Source: a virus (taxonomy: Duplodnaviria; Caudoviricetes). Taken from it: a stretch of 64,000 nt of DNA. Below, piece after piece: positions 44,731 to 54,809 of this stretch (position 1 is the first letter of the stretch; each line of letters opens with the position of its first letter). The position numbers and the translations under genes were made by a program. The stretch is from positions 128,001-192,000 of IMG/VR virus record IMGVR_UViG_3300027740_000003. One strand, written 5' to 3'. Under the pieces are notes generated by a model. The model saw only the letters and a program-made list of their open reading frames with translations, made no database searches and was not told the DNA's origin.

Positions 44731-46731
44731 TTATACATCCTCCACAGATTCATCATATCCAAGCAATTTGTCTTTAGACTTGGCGCCAAATTTATCTACA
44801 ATTATCTTTTGCCATTTTGTCTGTTCAATAATCGCCGAAGCTTCACCTTTTGTTATATTTGTTATATCTAAATCAAATTTTATTTTCCCAGCAAACATTA
44901 GATTCTCAATAAACTTCTTTTGAGAATCACTTGCTAATGTCTTCTTCCATTTAGCGTCTCCCCTAACCAAAGGCAATACTCCAGCTTTCCTAGCCGATTC
45001 TACAATATAACTTTTAGCATCTTGCTTTGTTAACCTGTCATCTTTCAATACAACAAGATCATTCTTAACCTTGGTCATTTCTACAATACGACCTTTGTCG
45101 GTAGTAGTTGGAAAACACAAATAGAATATCCTGTCCACTTTCTTTTTATCTTTTTGTTCAGATATCTCTTGGAACTCATGTTTTACTTTAAGATCAGATA
45201 TTGATACAAATTCCTTCCTTCCAGACATCCATCCGTCAGAATTAAATTCTACTTTTACTTCTAATCCCAGTCCAATATCAACAATTTTCCCTTCGCCAAA
45301 CGTATCATGCATAACATTAATAGGATATTGTTTTACAGCACTTATTGTTGGTTTAATTGTTAGCGGTTTCCACGTTGATTTGTCAATTATTTTATCCAAC
45401 AACTGTTCTTCGGTCCACGTAATAAGCCTTTGATCATTTGCAACAACCCATGAGGTTATCTGCATAAAATCGTCATCTGTAGTCCATCGGTCTTGGTCTT
45501 GATGAATCATAAATACGGGGAAATTGATAAGCTTTTCTGCAATATGGTCATTGGTTGGGTTTTTGCCAGTACCAGATCCTTGCAGCTCTTTCCAAGTTGG
45601 AAGATTTGCTGTTAAGATATTATTGGCTCGTTTCTTTTCTCCATACATATCACCATGTTGAGCCATATCCTCAAATGTGATACGAGATTGTTTTACTTTA
45701 AGCTTATCGTATACATCAACTATAATAGCATCAGTTTTGCCTGGATATTTTCGCAATGGCCGTCCAGCCATTTGAAGATAAAGCCCAAGGCTTCTTGTTG
45801 GTCTAGCAATAGTTGCAAAGCTTAAATGTGGAACATTCCAACCTTCCGTGCAAACCAAATTATTAACGAAGCAATCTATTTCACCGCCTCTAACTTTTTC
45901 CATAAAATATCTTCTTTGTTCTTTTGGCGTATCTCCATAAACCTCAGCCGCTCTAATGTCATTTTTTAATAATTCATACATATCATGAGAATGAGCAACA
46001 TCAACACCAAATAATATCCCCTGTCTTTTTTGGTCTTTAACTAGCTCTATAATGCGCTTTGCAATTAATTTATTTCTTTCTTCGGTATTTACTGTTTGAG
46101 ACAGTTCTTTTGTGGCAAAATCTCCCATTTGTGTTTTAACATTGGCTAAAGATACATTAGATTTTAATATTTCTGGAACTGCTGCAATTAGATATCCATG
46201 TGATATAGCTGTTCCTATATCCATTTCTAATAAAACTTCTCCTAGAGGCAGTTCATCACCAGAAAACCTCCAAGGGGTAGCTGTAAGTCCAAGAATTTTT
46301 GTTCTGGGAAACCAATCTTTTAAATTTTGATATGTTTTATTTTTCTCAGAAAAATGATGATATTCATCTATAATTATTAGATCTGGTTTGAATCCTTTTA
46401 AATGAGATCTTCTTCCGGCTAATGTCTGAACAGACCCAACAATAATATCGCTATTATTATCGGCTTTAAATTCTGCCATTTCTTTTGATAATTTTTGTGT
46501 CCATGATACTGTTTCTGACAAACAATCATTAGCCTGATCAATAAGCTCCTCCCTATGGGCAACCCAAAGAATTTTTAAACCACTAATTTTATCAATGCAC
46601 AATGATGCGGATTTGGTTTTTCCAGTGCCACAAGGAAGAATGATTGTGGCCAATTTCCCATCAGTATTAATCCATTTCTCAAAATTTTCAACAATCCTTT
46701 CTTGATATCTTCTTTTCTCAAATTGAATCAT
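44731..46731 (-). CDS. SF2 DEAD/DEAH (ResIII/IRC3-like) helicase
   Basis: LPCGTGKT, AHREELI.Q, IIDEYHH, GLTATP, TEGW.VP, YLQM.GR.LR. Confidence 0.92.
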   Translation of the reverse strand: MIQFEKRRYQERIVENFEKWINTDGKLATIILPCGTGKTKSASLCIDKISGLKILWVAHREELIDQANDCLSETVSWTQKLSKEMAEFKADNNSDIIVGSVQTLAGRRSHLKGFKPDLIIIDEYHHFSEKNKTYQNLKDWFPRTKILGLTATPWRFSGDELPLGEVLLEMDIGTAISHGYLIAAVPEILKSNVSLANVKTQMGDFATKELSQTVNTEERNKLIAKRIIELVKDQKRQGILFGVDVAHSHDMYELLKNDIRAAEVYGDTPKEQRRYFMEKVRGGEIDCFVNNLVCTEGWNVPHLSFATIARPTRSLGLYLQMAGRPLRKYPGKTDAIIVDVYDKLKVKQSRITFEDMAQHGDMYGEKKRANNILTANLPTWKELQGSGTGKNPTNDHIAEKLINFPVFMIHQDQDRWTTDDDFMQITSWVVANDQRLITWTEEQLLDKIIDKSTWKPLTIKPTISAVKQYPINVMHDTFGEGKIVDIGLGLEVKVEFNSDGWMSGRKEFVSISDLKVKHEFQEISEQKDKKKVDRIFYLCFPTTTDKGRIVEMTKVKNDLVVLKDDRLTKQDAKSYIVESARKAGVLPLVRGDAKWKKTLASDSQKKFIENLMFAGKIKFDLDITNITKGEASAIIEQTKWQKIIVDKFGAKSKDKLLGYDESVEDV

Positions 46732-46735
46732 TAAT

Positions 46736-47293
46736 TCACCATTTGAACCTTGGTATACCAGGAACAACCTTTATATTAGTTGCTTTAATATGCTGGTGAT
46801 ATTTAGCAACAATTTTTTTCTGATCCATTGTTAAAGCATACCAAAATGGATGCTTGGCAGGATCTTCTGGATTGGTCAATATGCCTTTATATTTTTCCTG
46901 ATGTGTAGTAAGATTATATGCCCACTCTTGTTCTCTTTGTTCATCAAGCATATTTACATTAGATAGTTTATGTTCATGTCCGCTGATTTCTGAATATATT
47001 TCATTCACTCGCCCATTAAACATATTTCCAAATGGCAAAATATCAGCATAAAGTTGAAACCTTAACCAAGGTCTAGTTATTTCCAGATCAATTAAATTTT
47101 GACTGCCAACAACAAGCAGGTTTTTATCCTCTATTTCAATTATATCATCTTCATCATCTTCAAAATAATAAACTTCAGCGGTTAATCCGGTTTTATCACA
47201 TAATAGTTTCAAACCATCGCATGTGGCCGCGAATCCATTTGTTCCAAATGCTTTATTCTGTTCTATAAGCCATTCAACAAGTTTATTCATCAT
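46736..47293 (-). CDS. hypothetical protein
   Basis: 185-aa ORF. Confidence 0.7.
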   Translation of the reverse strand: MMNKLVEWLIEQNKAFGTNGFAATCDGLKLLCDKTGLTAEVYYFEDDEDDIIEIEDKNLLVVGSQNLIDLEITRPWLRFQLYADILPFGNMFNGRVNEIYSEISGHEHKLSNVNMLDEQREQEWAYNLTTHQEKYKGILTNPEDPAKHPFWYALTMDQKKIVAKYHQHIKATNIKVVPGIPRFKW

Positions 47294-48140
47294 TCTATTA
47301 TGTCCCTTATTATTACATTATTATATATTGTTTCTAACGTTTTTGTATCTAACCTGGATAGATTTATAGTCCCAATAACATTTAAATTATATTTACTTGC
47401 AACAACGGCTTGTTGTTGTACTTCTTTTGAAGGGTTTTTTATAAATTTAATAGAAGACGGGTTTTGTTTTACAGCTGCTAGTTGAATTTCTTTTGAAGGG
47501 CTCTTTATACTTACAATAGATAGACCGAATTGTTTAACAGCTGCTAATTGGACTTCTTTAGATGGATTTTTTATATATTGAAGTGCATATCCATTTTGTT
47601 TAACAGCTAGTAATTTCATTTTTTCTGAAGGATTACGTATGTCTTCAATACAAAGTGAACATTGTTTAATAGCTGCTAGTTTTATTTTTTCGGAAGGTTT
47701 TTTTATATATTGAATAGAAAAACCGTTTTGTTTAACAGCCTCCAATTGAAGTTCTTTAGAAGGATTATGTATAAATTGAATAGAATGCCCGTTTTCTTCA
47801 ATCGCTGCTAATTTAACTTCTTTTGAGGGATTTTTTATATATTTAATAGAACATCCGTTTTGTTTAACAGCTACTAGTTTTATTTTTTCGGAAGGATTTT
47901 TATATAACATATAGATCCTCCGTTTTGTTTAACTGCTTCTAATTTTAATTCTTCTGAGGGGTTCTTTATAAACTTAATAGAATATCCGTTTTGTTTAACA
48001 GCTGCTAATTGCATTTCTTCAGTAGGATTATTAATATTTCGAATATTATGTAAATCTTGTTTAACAAGATTTAATCTTTTAGAATATAAAAAATTATCTA
48101 ATTTAGAGATAATGTCCGATTTAACAAGTTCATTTGTCAT
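47290..48140 (-). pseudogene. DUF4116-like repeat protein, frameshifted at A5 (47897-47901)
   Basis: adding one A restores ..SICYIKNPSEKIK..; ends LETIYNNVIIRDIIE. Confidence 0.8.
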
Positions 48141-48658
48141 TCTATTATGTCTTTTATTATTACGTTATTATATATTGTTTCTAGATTTTCTTTGCTCAAT
48201 TTTGACAAATCGACAAATACAATAACTTTTGGATCAAATTTACTAGCAATAATAGCTTCCATAACAATTTCTTCGGTTGCCCATCCTTTTTCATAATACA
48301 TATCCAAATTAAATGGATGAAGTTTAATTGCCTCCAATTTCATTTCTTCACTAGGACCAACCGGATCTTTAATCCAATATATTGCATTATAGGCCCTTTT
48401 AATTGCTTCTAATTGAAGCCATTTTGGAGGATTCATTACACTATGAATAGAACAAGGCTCTTGTTTAACTGCTTCTAACATAACCTCGTTTGAAGGATTT
48501 TGTATCCACTGTAGGGAATTGCCCCAAACTTTAACAGCTTCCAATTTCATTTCCTCAGATGGATTTTTTATTTTTGAGAAATAAAGGCCAGGATTATTTT
48601 TAATTAGCTCCAATTTTGCATTGTACAACATTTCGTCTATTTTATCTGCAATGTCCAT
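48137..48658 (-). CDS. DUF4116-like repeat protein with IKDIIE tag
   Basis: IKNPSEEMKLEA repeats; ends LETIYNNVIIKDIIE. Confidence 0.85.
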   Translation of the reverse strand: MDIADKIDEMLYNAKLELIKNNPGLYFSKIKNPSEEMKLEAVKVWGNSLQWIQNPSNEVMLEAVKQEPCSIHSVMNPPKWLQLEAIKRAYNAIYWIKDPVGPSEEMKLEAIKLHPFNLDMYYEKGWATEEIVMEAIIASKFDPKVIVFVDLSKLSKENLETIYNNVIIKDIIE

Positions 48659-49683
48659 TATGCCACCAAAACCTTGAATTGTTTAACAATTGTTTCTTCA
48701 ACAGAGTTAAATAAATCATCAGACAGTCTGGTTAATTCTCTTCTCTTCTCCAGATCTCTTTTTAGTAGTTTTGGAAATGCAGCTGCTCCCCATCTGGCCC
48801 CAACCAATGCCGCATACATTGCCCCTATAGTATCTGTGTCCCCTCCCTGTTGTATTAGTTCACATAAATTAGGAAAAGCTTGCCGGCGATTCTTTGTGTT
48901 CAAAAACACAGCGGTCGCCGTTATCCATGATTCCGTTGCTTTGCCATTGGTTCCAATTTGCTCTGCAATAATTTCTATTGTTGGCAACTTAACCGCTATT
49001 TTCAATTTATCAGCAAACCTAGTTTCCCCAAATAAACTTTCTTCAATTCTAGCAAGCTCTTCAATTAATATTTTTTTATTACGAATGCCGTTTATGGACA
49101 TTGCTATCAAAACAGATTGAAGCACTCCGGCCGTAATACCTATTTCATGATGTGTAATCTTTCCAACAGATACAATAGAGTTAATTGTGTTATAAAAAGT
49201 TTTATGATCCTTCATAGAACTTAAATAACACCCCAAGGGAGCTGCCTTCATTGCAACACCATTTCCGTAGCCCAAACTAGTGTCAGCGGCCCGGGTCCAA
49301 GGAACACCCTCGCTAAGCCGCTTTACAGCCTCTCTGGTGGACTTTCCCCATCCCCTAAGCTCCTCCTCCTGGTACACCTTCAAACTGAATCTAGCAATGT
49401 CCTGAGGGCATATATAACCAAGGTTTGTTATGGACAGCAATATTGGCTTCATTAGTTGTGTATCATCTGTCCATTGTCCTGAGCCACGAACATTCTGATG
49501 AATACTTTGTGGACGATTAACCTTGCCAGGATCAACATATTGATATATTACAGGATATTGTTTAATAATATCTTTTTTAGACATACATTCAAAAGGGGCT
49601 CCAAGAGCATCACCAATTGCTGTTCCTAAAATAGCGCCACGATATCGAGATTTTACTGTGATTGGATTTCTAGTAGAGGTCAT
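48658..49683 (-). CDS. ADP-ribosylglycohydrolase (ARH/DraG family)
   Basis: GAILGTAIGDALG, WTDDTQL, GNG.AM..AP, GGDTDTIGAM.AAL.GA. Confidence 0.92.
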   Translation of the reverse strand: MTSTRNPITVKSRYRGAILGTAIGDALGAPFECMSKKDIIKQYPVIYQYVDPGKVNRPQSIHQNVRGSGQWTDDTQLMKPILLSITNLGYICPQDIARFSLKVYQEEELRGWGKSTREAVKRLSEGVPWTRAADTSLGYGNGVAMKAAPLGCYLSSMKDHKTFYNTINSIVSVGKITHHEIGITAGVLQSVLIAMSINGIRNKKILIEELARIEESLFGETRFADKLKIAVKLPTIEIIAEQIGTNGKATESWITATAVFLNTKNRRQAFPNLCELIQQGGDTDTIGAMYAALVGARWGAAAFPKLLKRDLEKRRELTRLSDDLFNSVEETIVKQFKVLVA

Positions 49684-49689
49684 GGGGGT

Positions 49690-49718
49690 AGCATAAGGCT
49701 TCCATCGGTCTTTGTCAA
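49690..49718 (-). promoter_or_regulatory. sigma70-like promoter TTGACA-17-TATGCT, leaderless
   Basis: -10 lies 6 nt upstream of the ARH ATG. Confidence 0.7.
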
Positions 49719-49905
49719 CGACGAAGGCCTCGACATCTTACGATGTCAAGGCCCTCTGAATAATAGTTCCAATTTTAATTTAAGTAATGACTAACCGTTT
49801 TTTCTCATTGACTTCCTGTATTTTGGAGATCTGAGGTTGCTAAATAACGGCTTACTTTCAAAGCTCGTTTGTTTGGAAATAATAACGGCTTATTCACCCA
49901 ATCGG

Positions 49906-49983
49906 CTCCGGGACCTGGAATTGAACCAAATATTACCTACACCTGTTTATGGCCGCAGATAGTCTTACGTTTAAACAACCCGG
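49906..49983 (-). pseudogene. degenerate tRNA-like sequence (CAT in an enlarged loop)
   Basis: CCGGG/CCCGG acceptor-like ends, TTGG-TTCAATT-CCAG, 10-nt anticodon-like loop. Confidence 0.35.
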
Positions 49984-50039
49984 TATATTTCACTTAATCT
50001 TTCAAAGAAATTATATTCTCGACAACAAACCTTAATTAT

Positions 50040-50441
50040 TTAAAATGGCCAATTATTAGCTAGAGCAGTAATTAATACTCCAGCCAGTGCTAGAATCCCA
50101 GAAACCATAGCGGTTTTTGTTTGCCAGATTCCTTGGCTAGCTTCTTTTTTTATTGTTTTGTTTTCTTGTATATAAGATTGTGTTGCTTTTTGTTCATTTT
50201 CTAAAGCGCTAACTCTATCTAATAGACTTGCTTTTCCATTTCCGTCTCTAATTATTTTTATTAAATGATCTACGCTTTTTTTCATTTCATCATGAGAAAG
50301 ACATTGCAGAGCTAATGTTTTATCGATTACAGAAAGCTGTTTTTGAAATTCAGATATGGCATCTTTTGACGATTCCAAACCGTCTATTATATTTTTTATT
50401 ACTAGTCTGTTTATATCTGGAGGATCTGAATTAGCTACCAT
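50040..50441 (-). CDS. coiled-coil protein with C-terminal TM helix
   Basis: GNGKASL..RV..LE; MVSGILALAGVLITAL. Confidence 0.7.
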   Translation of the reverse strand: MVANSDPPDINRLVIKNIIDGLESSKDAISEFQKQLSVIDKTLALQCLSHDEMKKSVDHLIKIIRDGNGKASLLDRVSALENEQKATQSYIQENKTIKKEASQGIWQTKTAMVSGILALAGVLITALANNWPF

Positions 50442-50983
50442 AAATCTCCCGTGTCTGTTAATTCTCTTAATTCTTTTATAACATCATCTAATTTAGATAA
50501 CGATTGGGAAACCTCTTGTTTTTCAATTGACTGTAATATAATTATTTGTTGTTCAAGTCTTTTTGCCTTTGCTTCTGATGCTGCACTTCTAGATAATATT
50601 TTTAATTCTAATGTTTCATTTAATCTTTCCAACTCTTCGTCTCTTGACCTTTGATAAAGTAAAATTCCGCCAACAAATGTTAAAATAACTATAGAAAAAA
50701 ACCTAAACAATCCTTCATAATCTAACTCTGCTTGAATTATTCCAATATCTACAAATGATTTAACAAATCTGGTTTGGTATAGCCAACCAATTATAGTTAA
50801 AGATACAGAAATAACAACAGACCCGGCCATGTTAAATTTTCTTTTTGCAAACCAAAAAGTGATTAGCATTAAAAAAATATAACATAAAGAAATGGCGCCA
50901 AGGCTAAAAGTAATATCTGCTATAAATATTAAACTAGATACAATTAACCAAAGCAGCAAGAGACGAAGATCGAAAAGATGCAT
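50435..50983 (-). CDS. 4-TM membrane protein with cytoplasmic coiled coil
   Basis: hydrophobic N-terminal half; LERLNETLE.KI. Confidence 0.75.
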   Translation of the reverse strand: MHLFDLRLLLLWLIVSSLIFIADITFSLGAISLCYIFLMLITFWFAKRKFNMAGSVVISVSLTIIGWLYQTRFVKSFVDIGIIQAELDYEGLFRFFSIVILTFVGGILLYQRSRDEELERLNETLELKILSRSAASEAKAKRLEQQIIILQSIEKQEVSQSLSKLDDVIKELRELTDTGDLW

Positions 50984-51006
50984 ACAGTTATGCTAAACTA
51001 TTGATA

Positions 51007-51228
51007 TTACTTACGCAAAGCTCTTCTTTTTGCTTTATTCTTATTTCTTTGTTTTCTTTTTTGTTCAGCAATATTGTTTAATTCCGCTGAAGCAACAGTC
51101 TCTAAGTCAAAATGTCTTGGGATTGTATTAATCGGCTTTTCTTGTTCAGAAAAAGCTTTTTCCACAGCTTTTAGTGCTCTTTCAAACTTAGCGGTTCTTT
51201 TTTGAATTTTTCGTACCAAAGTGCCCAT
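51007..51228 (-). CDS. small basic hypothetical protein
   Basis: 73-aa ORF. Confidence 0.55.
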   Translation of the reverse strand: MGTLVRKIQKRTAKFERALKAVEKAFSEQEKPINTIPRHFDLETVASAELNNIAEQKRKQRNKNKAKRRALRK

Positions 51229-51745
51229 TTCTAAAAACTCCTTTTCTTATCCATCCAAAATCATGAACAATTTCCTCAATCTCGACAACTGACCCATCAT
51301 TTTGTCCAATTATCTTTCTAGGACATTTCTCAAATGCTTTTAACATCCTAACACAGGTTTCTAAAGGAACATTGTGTACATTTGATTTAAAACTATCCTC
51401 GGCAGTCATTCCTGTTATTGAATGACAAATTACTTTATATCCAGCTTCTTGCCCTAATAAAGCATATACTTTAAGGTCTTTTAATTTAATATTCGTATTA
51501 TCTATTATGATTAATTCTTTTTCTACTTCAATTGCTTTAATACAATTATATTTACAAGATCCGTGAGCTTTGCTTAACAAAGCAATATCGAATTTATAAT
51601 TCTCTGGAATTTGTTCTTTACCAAAGTACCAATAATGATCTGCACTACATACTGTAGCTTCTTGACCATATTGTTTTTCTAACTCTTTTATTATTGTGGT
51701 TTTTCCTGCTCCTGGAAGACCACGTAGTATTATTAGTGTTTTCAT
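51188..51745 (-). CDS. AAA_33 P-loop kinase (N4BP2/PNK-like)
   Basis: ILRGLPGAGKTT, CSADHY, IIIDNTN, NVHNVP. Confidence 0.85.
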   Translation of the reverse strand: MKTLIILRGLPGAGKTTIIKELEKQYGQEATVCSADHYWYFGKEQIPENYKFDIALLSKAHGSCKYNCIKAIEVEKELIIIDNTNIKLKDLKVYALLGQEAGYKVICHSITGMTAEDSFKSNVHNVPLETCVRMLKAFEKCPRKIIGQNDGSVVEIEEIVHDFGWIRKGVFRNGHFGTKNSKKNR

Positions 51746-52194
51746 TCGATTATGTCTTTAATCATCAATTGATCTTTTATATATGGCCAAATGTCTTTAG
51801 GATATTGCGTTTCTAAATAACACGTTGATGTTCCGGAAATTCTTCTTAAGAATTTTGCAGATATGAGCGTCTTTCTATATTCTAGAGGAAGATTTTTGTT
51901 TTGTATTAATATTGAATCTGATACTATATATTCTGATACTATATATGTGGACATCGCGGCATTTACTAATAAATTTTCAGTTGCTTGTTTAGATTTTACT
52001 TTTCTAAGCAACCTGAGGGCTGTTGATTTATTCATTTTTTTTAAACATAGTTTTTCTAATTGAGATTCGGACAAATCATTTCTATGAGAAAGCCATTGAA
52101 TGGCTATTGTATCACCAAGATCAATTACTACATCAAAAGCTTTAGATATATCTTCTAGTGTGAAATTTGTTGATTGTTGTTTCTTTTTAATCAT
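51742..52194 (-). CDS. helical protein with IKDIIE tag
   Basis: ends IKDQLMIKDIIE. Confidence 0.8.
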   Translation of the reverse strand: MIKKKQQSTNFTLEDISKAFDVVIDLGDTIAIQWLSHRNDLSESQLEKLCLKKMNKSTALRLLRKVKSKQATENLLVNAAMSTYIVSEYIVSDSILIQNKNLPLEYRKTLISAKFLRRISGTSTCYLETQYPKDIWPYIKDQLMIKDIIE

Positions 52195-52391
52195 TCGATT
52201 ATATCCTTAATCATCATTTCATCACATGATAATATTTCAACATAGAGATTGTAAAATAATGTCGGTTTTTTCATATGAATAAATAAGTCGCCAAAAGCTT
52301 CGAATCCACATTTTTTGCATTTAAATCTATAGGTAGAAATTTTCTCAAAATCATGGGAGTTTAATTTTTCACCAAGATTATTTATACTCAT
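52191..52391 (-). CDS. H-CxxC-C zinc-finger protein with IKDIIE tag
   Basis: SHDF..FKCKKCG..LSCDEMMIKDIIE. Confidence 0.85.
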   Translation of the reverse strand: MSINNLGEKLNSHDFEKISTYRFKCKKCGFEAFGDLFIHMKKPTLFYNLYVEILSCDEMMIKDIIE

Positions 52392-52624
52392 TCTATTATA
52401 TTCTTTATAATAAATTCGTCGCAAGAAAGAATATTATAAATGTCTCTTAAATAAGATAATCCGTAGCTGTCTAATCTATTAAACTTCATTCGAATTTTAT
52501 ATCCACATTTTTTACACTTATAAACAACGCCATTATATCCAAAATTATCTAAAGGAAAAAACTCATGTGTTTTAAGTTTTTCATCGGCAATTTTAAACAG
52601 ATCTGGAAAGCTATTTATGTCCAT
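52388..52624 (-). CDS. H-CxxC-C zinc-finger protein with IKNIIE tag
   Basis: THEF..YKCKKCG..LSCDEFIIKNIIE. Confidence 0.85.
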   Translation of the reverse strand: MDINSFPDLFKIADEKLKTHEFFPLDNFGYNGVVYKCKKCGYKIRMKFNRLDSYGLSYLRDIYNILSCDEFIIKNIIE

Positions 52625-53304
52625 AATGTCATGCGAATATCAATTAGTTCTTTCAACTTTTCATTAATTGTTTCATCAATCTTTTGTTGAAGATCCCACG
52701 TTTGATCCAATTTGTCTTTATCATAATCTCCAAAACCCCTTCCGCCAACAGCTTCATGGCAAAGCTTGTCATGCTCTTTATACATCTTGGGAAGCTCATA
52801 TTTCCACCATCTATAAAGTTCTAATTCCTTCTCCATACTTTTTATCTGATCAGAAGGAACATCTTCCAGCGTTTTTAATTCAGCAATATGTTTCTCTGCT
52901 GCTTTACATCCGCCCCGCTCTTTTTCTACAAATTCAACCAACAGATTAAAATTAGCAAAAATCATCTTATTAACAACATCACACCATCCCCAACGATAAT
53001 CATAATATCCACCTTTAGGTTGACGCAAATCAAGCAGATGATATTTGTTATATGTATTGCACCTAATGTAGTAAAATACATTATCAATTTTATCGGCTAA
53101 CCGATAAAGTCTGCTAGGAACCTCTTCCATCAAATAATGCCTAATTGGATATTTGTTTTTCATCATCTTGTGCCAAGATTCCCAAGTCATTTCTCCATCC
53201 TTCTTGTGTTTAAACATTTCCATAGGAAGAGCATAAGGAACTTGCCATTTAAACACCTTATGAACTAACTTTTCCAAATCTAGAATTTTTTCTTTAAGTT
53301 CCAT
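52615..53304 (-). CDS. conserved phage hypothetical protein
   Basis: YRWGWCD....I..ANF.LL..FVE.E. Confidence 0.75.
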   Translation of the reverse strand: MELKEKILDLEKLVHKVFKWQVPYALPMEMFKHKKDGEMTWESWHKMMKNKYPIRHYLMEEVPSRLYRLADKIDNVFYYIRCNTYNKYHLLDLRQPKGGYYDYRWGWCDVVNKMIFANFNLLVEFVEKERGGCKAAEKHIAELKTLEDVPSDQIKSMEKELELYRWWKYELPKMYKEHDKLCHEAVGGRGFGDYDKDKLDQTWDLQQKIDETINEKLKELIDIRMTLWT

Positions 53305-53328
53305 TGTGTCGGATCCATCCTAACCATT

Positions 53329-53907
53329 CTAGCTACCGTTGTCAATGAGCTTTATACGAAAATCTTCGTCAAAGTTTATTTTTCCTTGTTCCCATAATTC
53401 TGTTATTATTTCTTTAACTATACTTCGATCAAATCCCTCTTTAGAAAGAAGATCTTGAATTTCTTGCGAACTATAAGAACCAGAAGTAATTGTTCTTATT
53501 ACCGCATCTGTTGTTTTGAAAAATTCCATGGCTGTTTTCCCCCAACGTATTGTTGTAGAATATGTAATTGGTGTATTTTCATATGATACATCGATTAGTT
53601 GACAATAATTTTTAGGAACAGGGTTGGGAACTTCCCCATGAATATCCAAAGCGCCACCACTGTTCACATAATCTTCTTTTTGTTTTCTTAACTTTTCTTT
53701 TTGATCATTAATCTCTTTTTCACGCTTTTGATTATTTTCATATATAATTTTTTCTCTTTCTTCTGGCATTAAAAAAGAATAATTTGAGTATTCTTTTCTA
53801 GTAACACCAACCTCATCATAATCAACAATATCTATACATCTATTGTGTTCTTTACAAAGAAGTTTATATTTCTGCAAAAACTCTATGTCCTTTTCTTCTT
53901 CAGTCAT
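53329..53907 (-). CDS. hypothetical protein, possible C-terminal winged helix
   Basis: 192-aa ORF. Confidence 0.65.
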   Translation of the reverse strand: MTEEEKDIEFLQKYKLLCKEHNRCIDIVDYDEVGVTRKEYSNYSFLMPEEREKIIYENNQKREKEINDQKEKLRKQKEDYVNSGGALDIHGEVPNPVPKNYCQLIDVSYENTPITYSTTIRWGKTAMEFFKTTDAVIRTITSGSYSSQEIQDLLSKEGFDRSIVKEIITELWEQGKINFDEDFRIKLIDNGS

Positions 53908-54506
53908 TCTTCACCAACTTTATGAGCAAATCTTTTTATGTGAGAAACGGCAGGAATTCCTTCCTTCTTCAATTTGTCCCATAACATATAGTTGTTCTGT
54001 GTATCAATAACGGCATTATGAGATCCTTCTTTAGGCTTACCACCAACAAGAATTAATGAACTCTCTAAATCTAATTTTTGTTTGCCAAGACCGTTTTTCT
54101 TAACAAAATCTTTTACATAAGTATGAGTATCAAGCCACAGGTTTGCAGGAAAAATATATCCTAAACTTTCCCAAAGCGAATGGAGAAAACGTTTATCAAA
54201 AGCAATTATTTTATGTCCAACAATACATCTTTCCTCTGGAGTCTTTCCGTCGGCTTCAAAGAAAGCATTGCAAAAATCTACAACGTCTTTTTTAGGATCC
54301 CCTTTATCAAGGTCCTCCATTGTCCTATCAGTATAAGTCAGAGCATCAATAGATGTTCTTTCTGGATGTTCTATACGAATATATTTATTTAACTGAACTC
54401 TATCTGAACAACGGATTATAGAGATTTGTGTAATCTCATGCCAATATCCAGCAGACTTAGATCCGTTCGTTTCTGTATCCAACATATAGTATTGTATATC
54501 TGCCAT
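53904..54506 (-). CDS. DEDDh 3'-5' exonuclease (DnaQ-like)
   Basis: LDTET.G, EI.QI, GH.I.AFD..FL, SHNA..D. Confidence 0.85.
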   Translation of the reverse strand: MADIQYYMLDTETNGSKSAGYWHEITQISIIRCSDRVQLNKYIRIEHPERTSIDALTYTDRTMEDLDKGDPKKDVVDFCNAFFEADGKTPEERCIVGHKIIAFDKRFLHSLWESLGYIFPANLWLDTHTYVKDFVKKNGLGKQKLDLESSLILVGGKPKEGSHNAVIDTQNNYMLWDKLKKEGIPAVSHIKRFAHKVGEE

Positions 54507-54540
54507 ACAAAACGAACAAGTTAATATCCGTCAGCTCGAC

Positions 54541-54792
54541 TCAAAATTTGCGAATATGTTTTATTACGTTCGTGCCGTACTCATAAACCTTTGCAGACAG
54601 CCTTTTCATCTTTGCTAGTTGTAGCTTCGGAGGAGCTGCCGGAACAGCTTTTACACTCTCCAGTGCCGCCTTGTCATATTCTCCCTCATCTACCATTATT
54701 CGATATTTAACTATGGCTGGAATAAGACACTCTACCTCAACTGTATAAAATTTCTTGTCTATTGACTTTTCCTGTTTTTCTTTTTTTTGCAT
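54541..54792 (-). CDS. hypothetical protein
   Basis: start moved to MQKKE. Confidence 0.65.
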   Translation of the reverse strand: MQKKEKQEKSIDKKFYTVEVECLIPAIVKYRIMVDEGEYDKAALESVKAVPAAPPKLQLAKMKRLSAKVYEYGTNVIKHIRKF

Positions 54793-54809
54793 AATCTGAT
54801 ATATAACTG

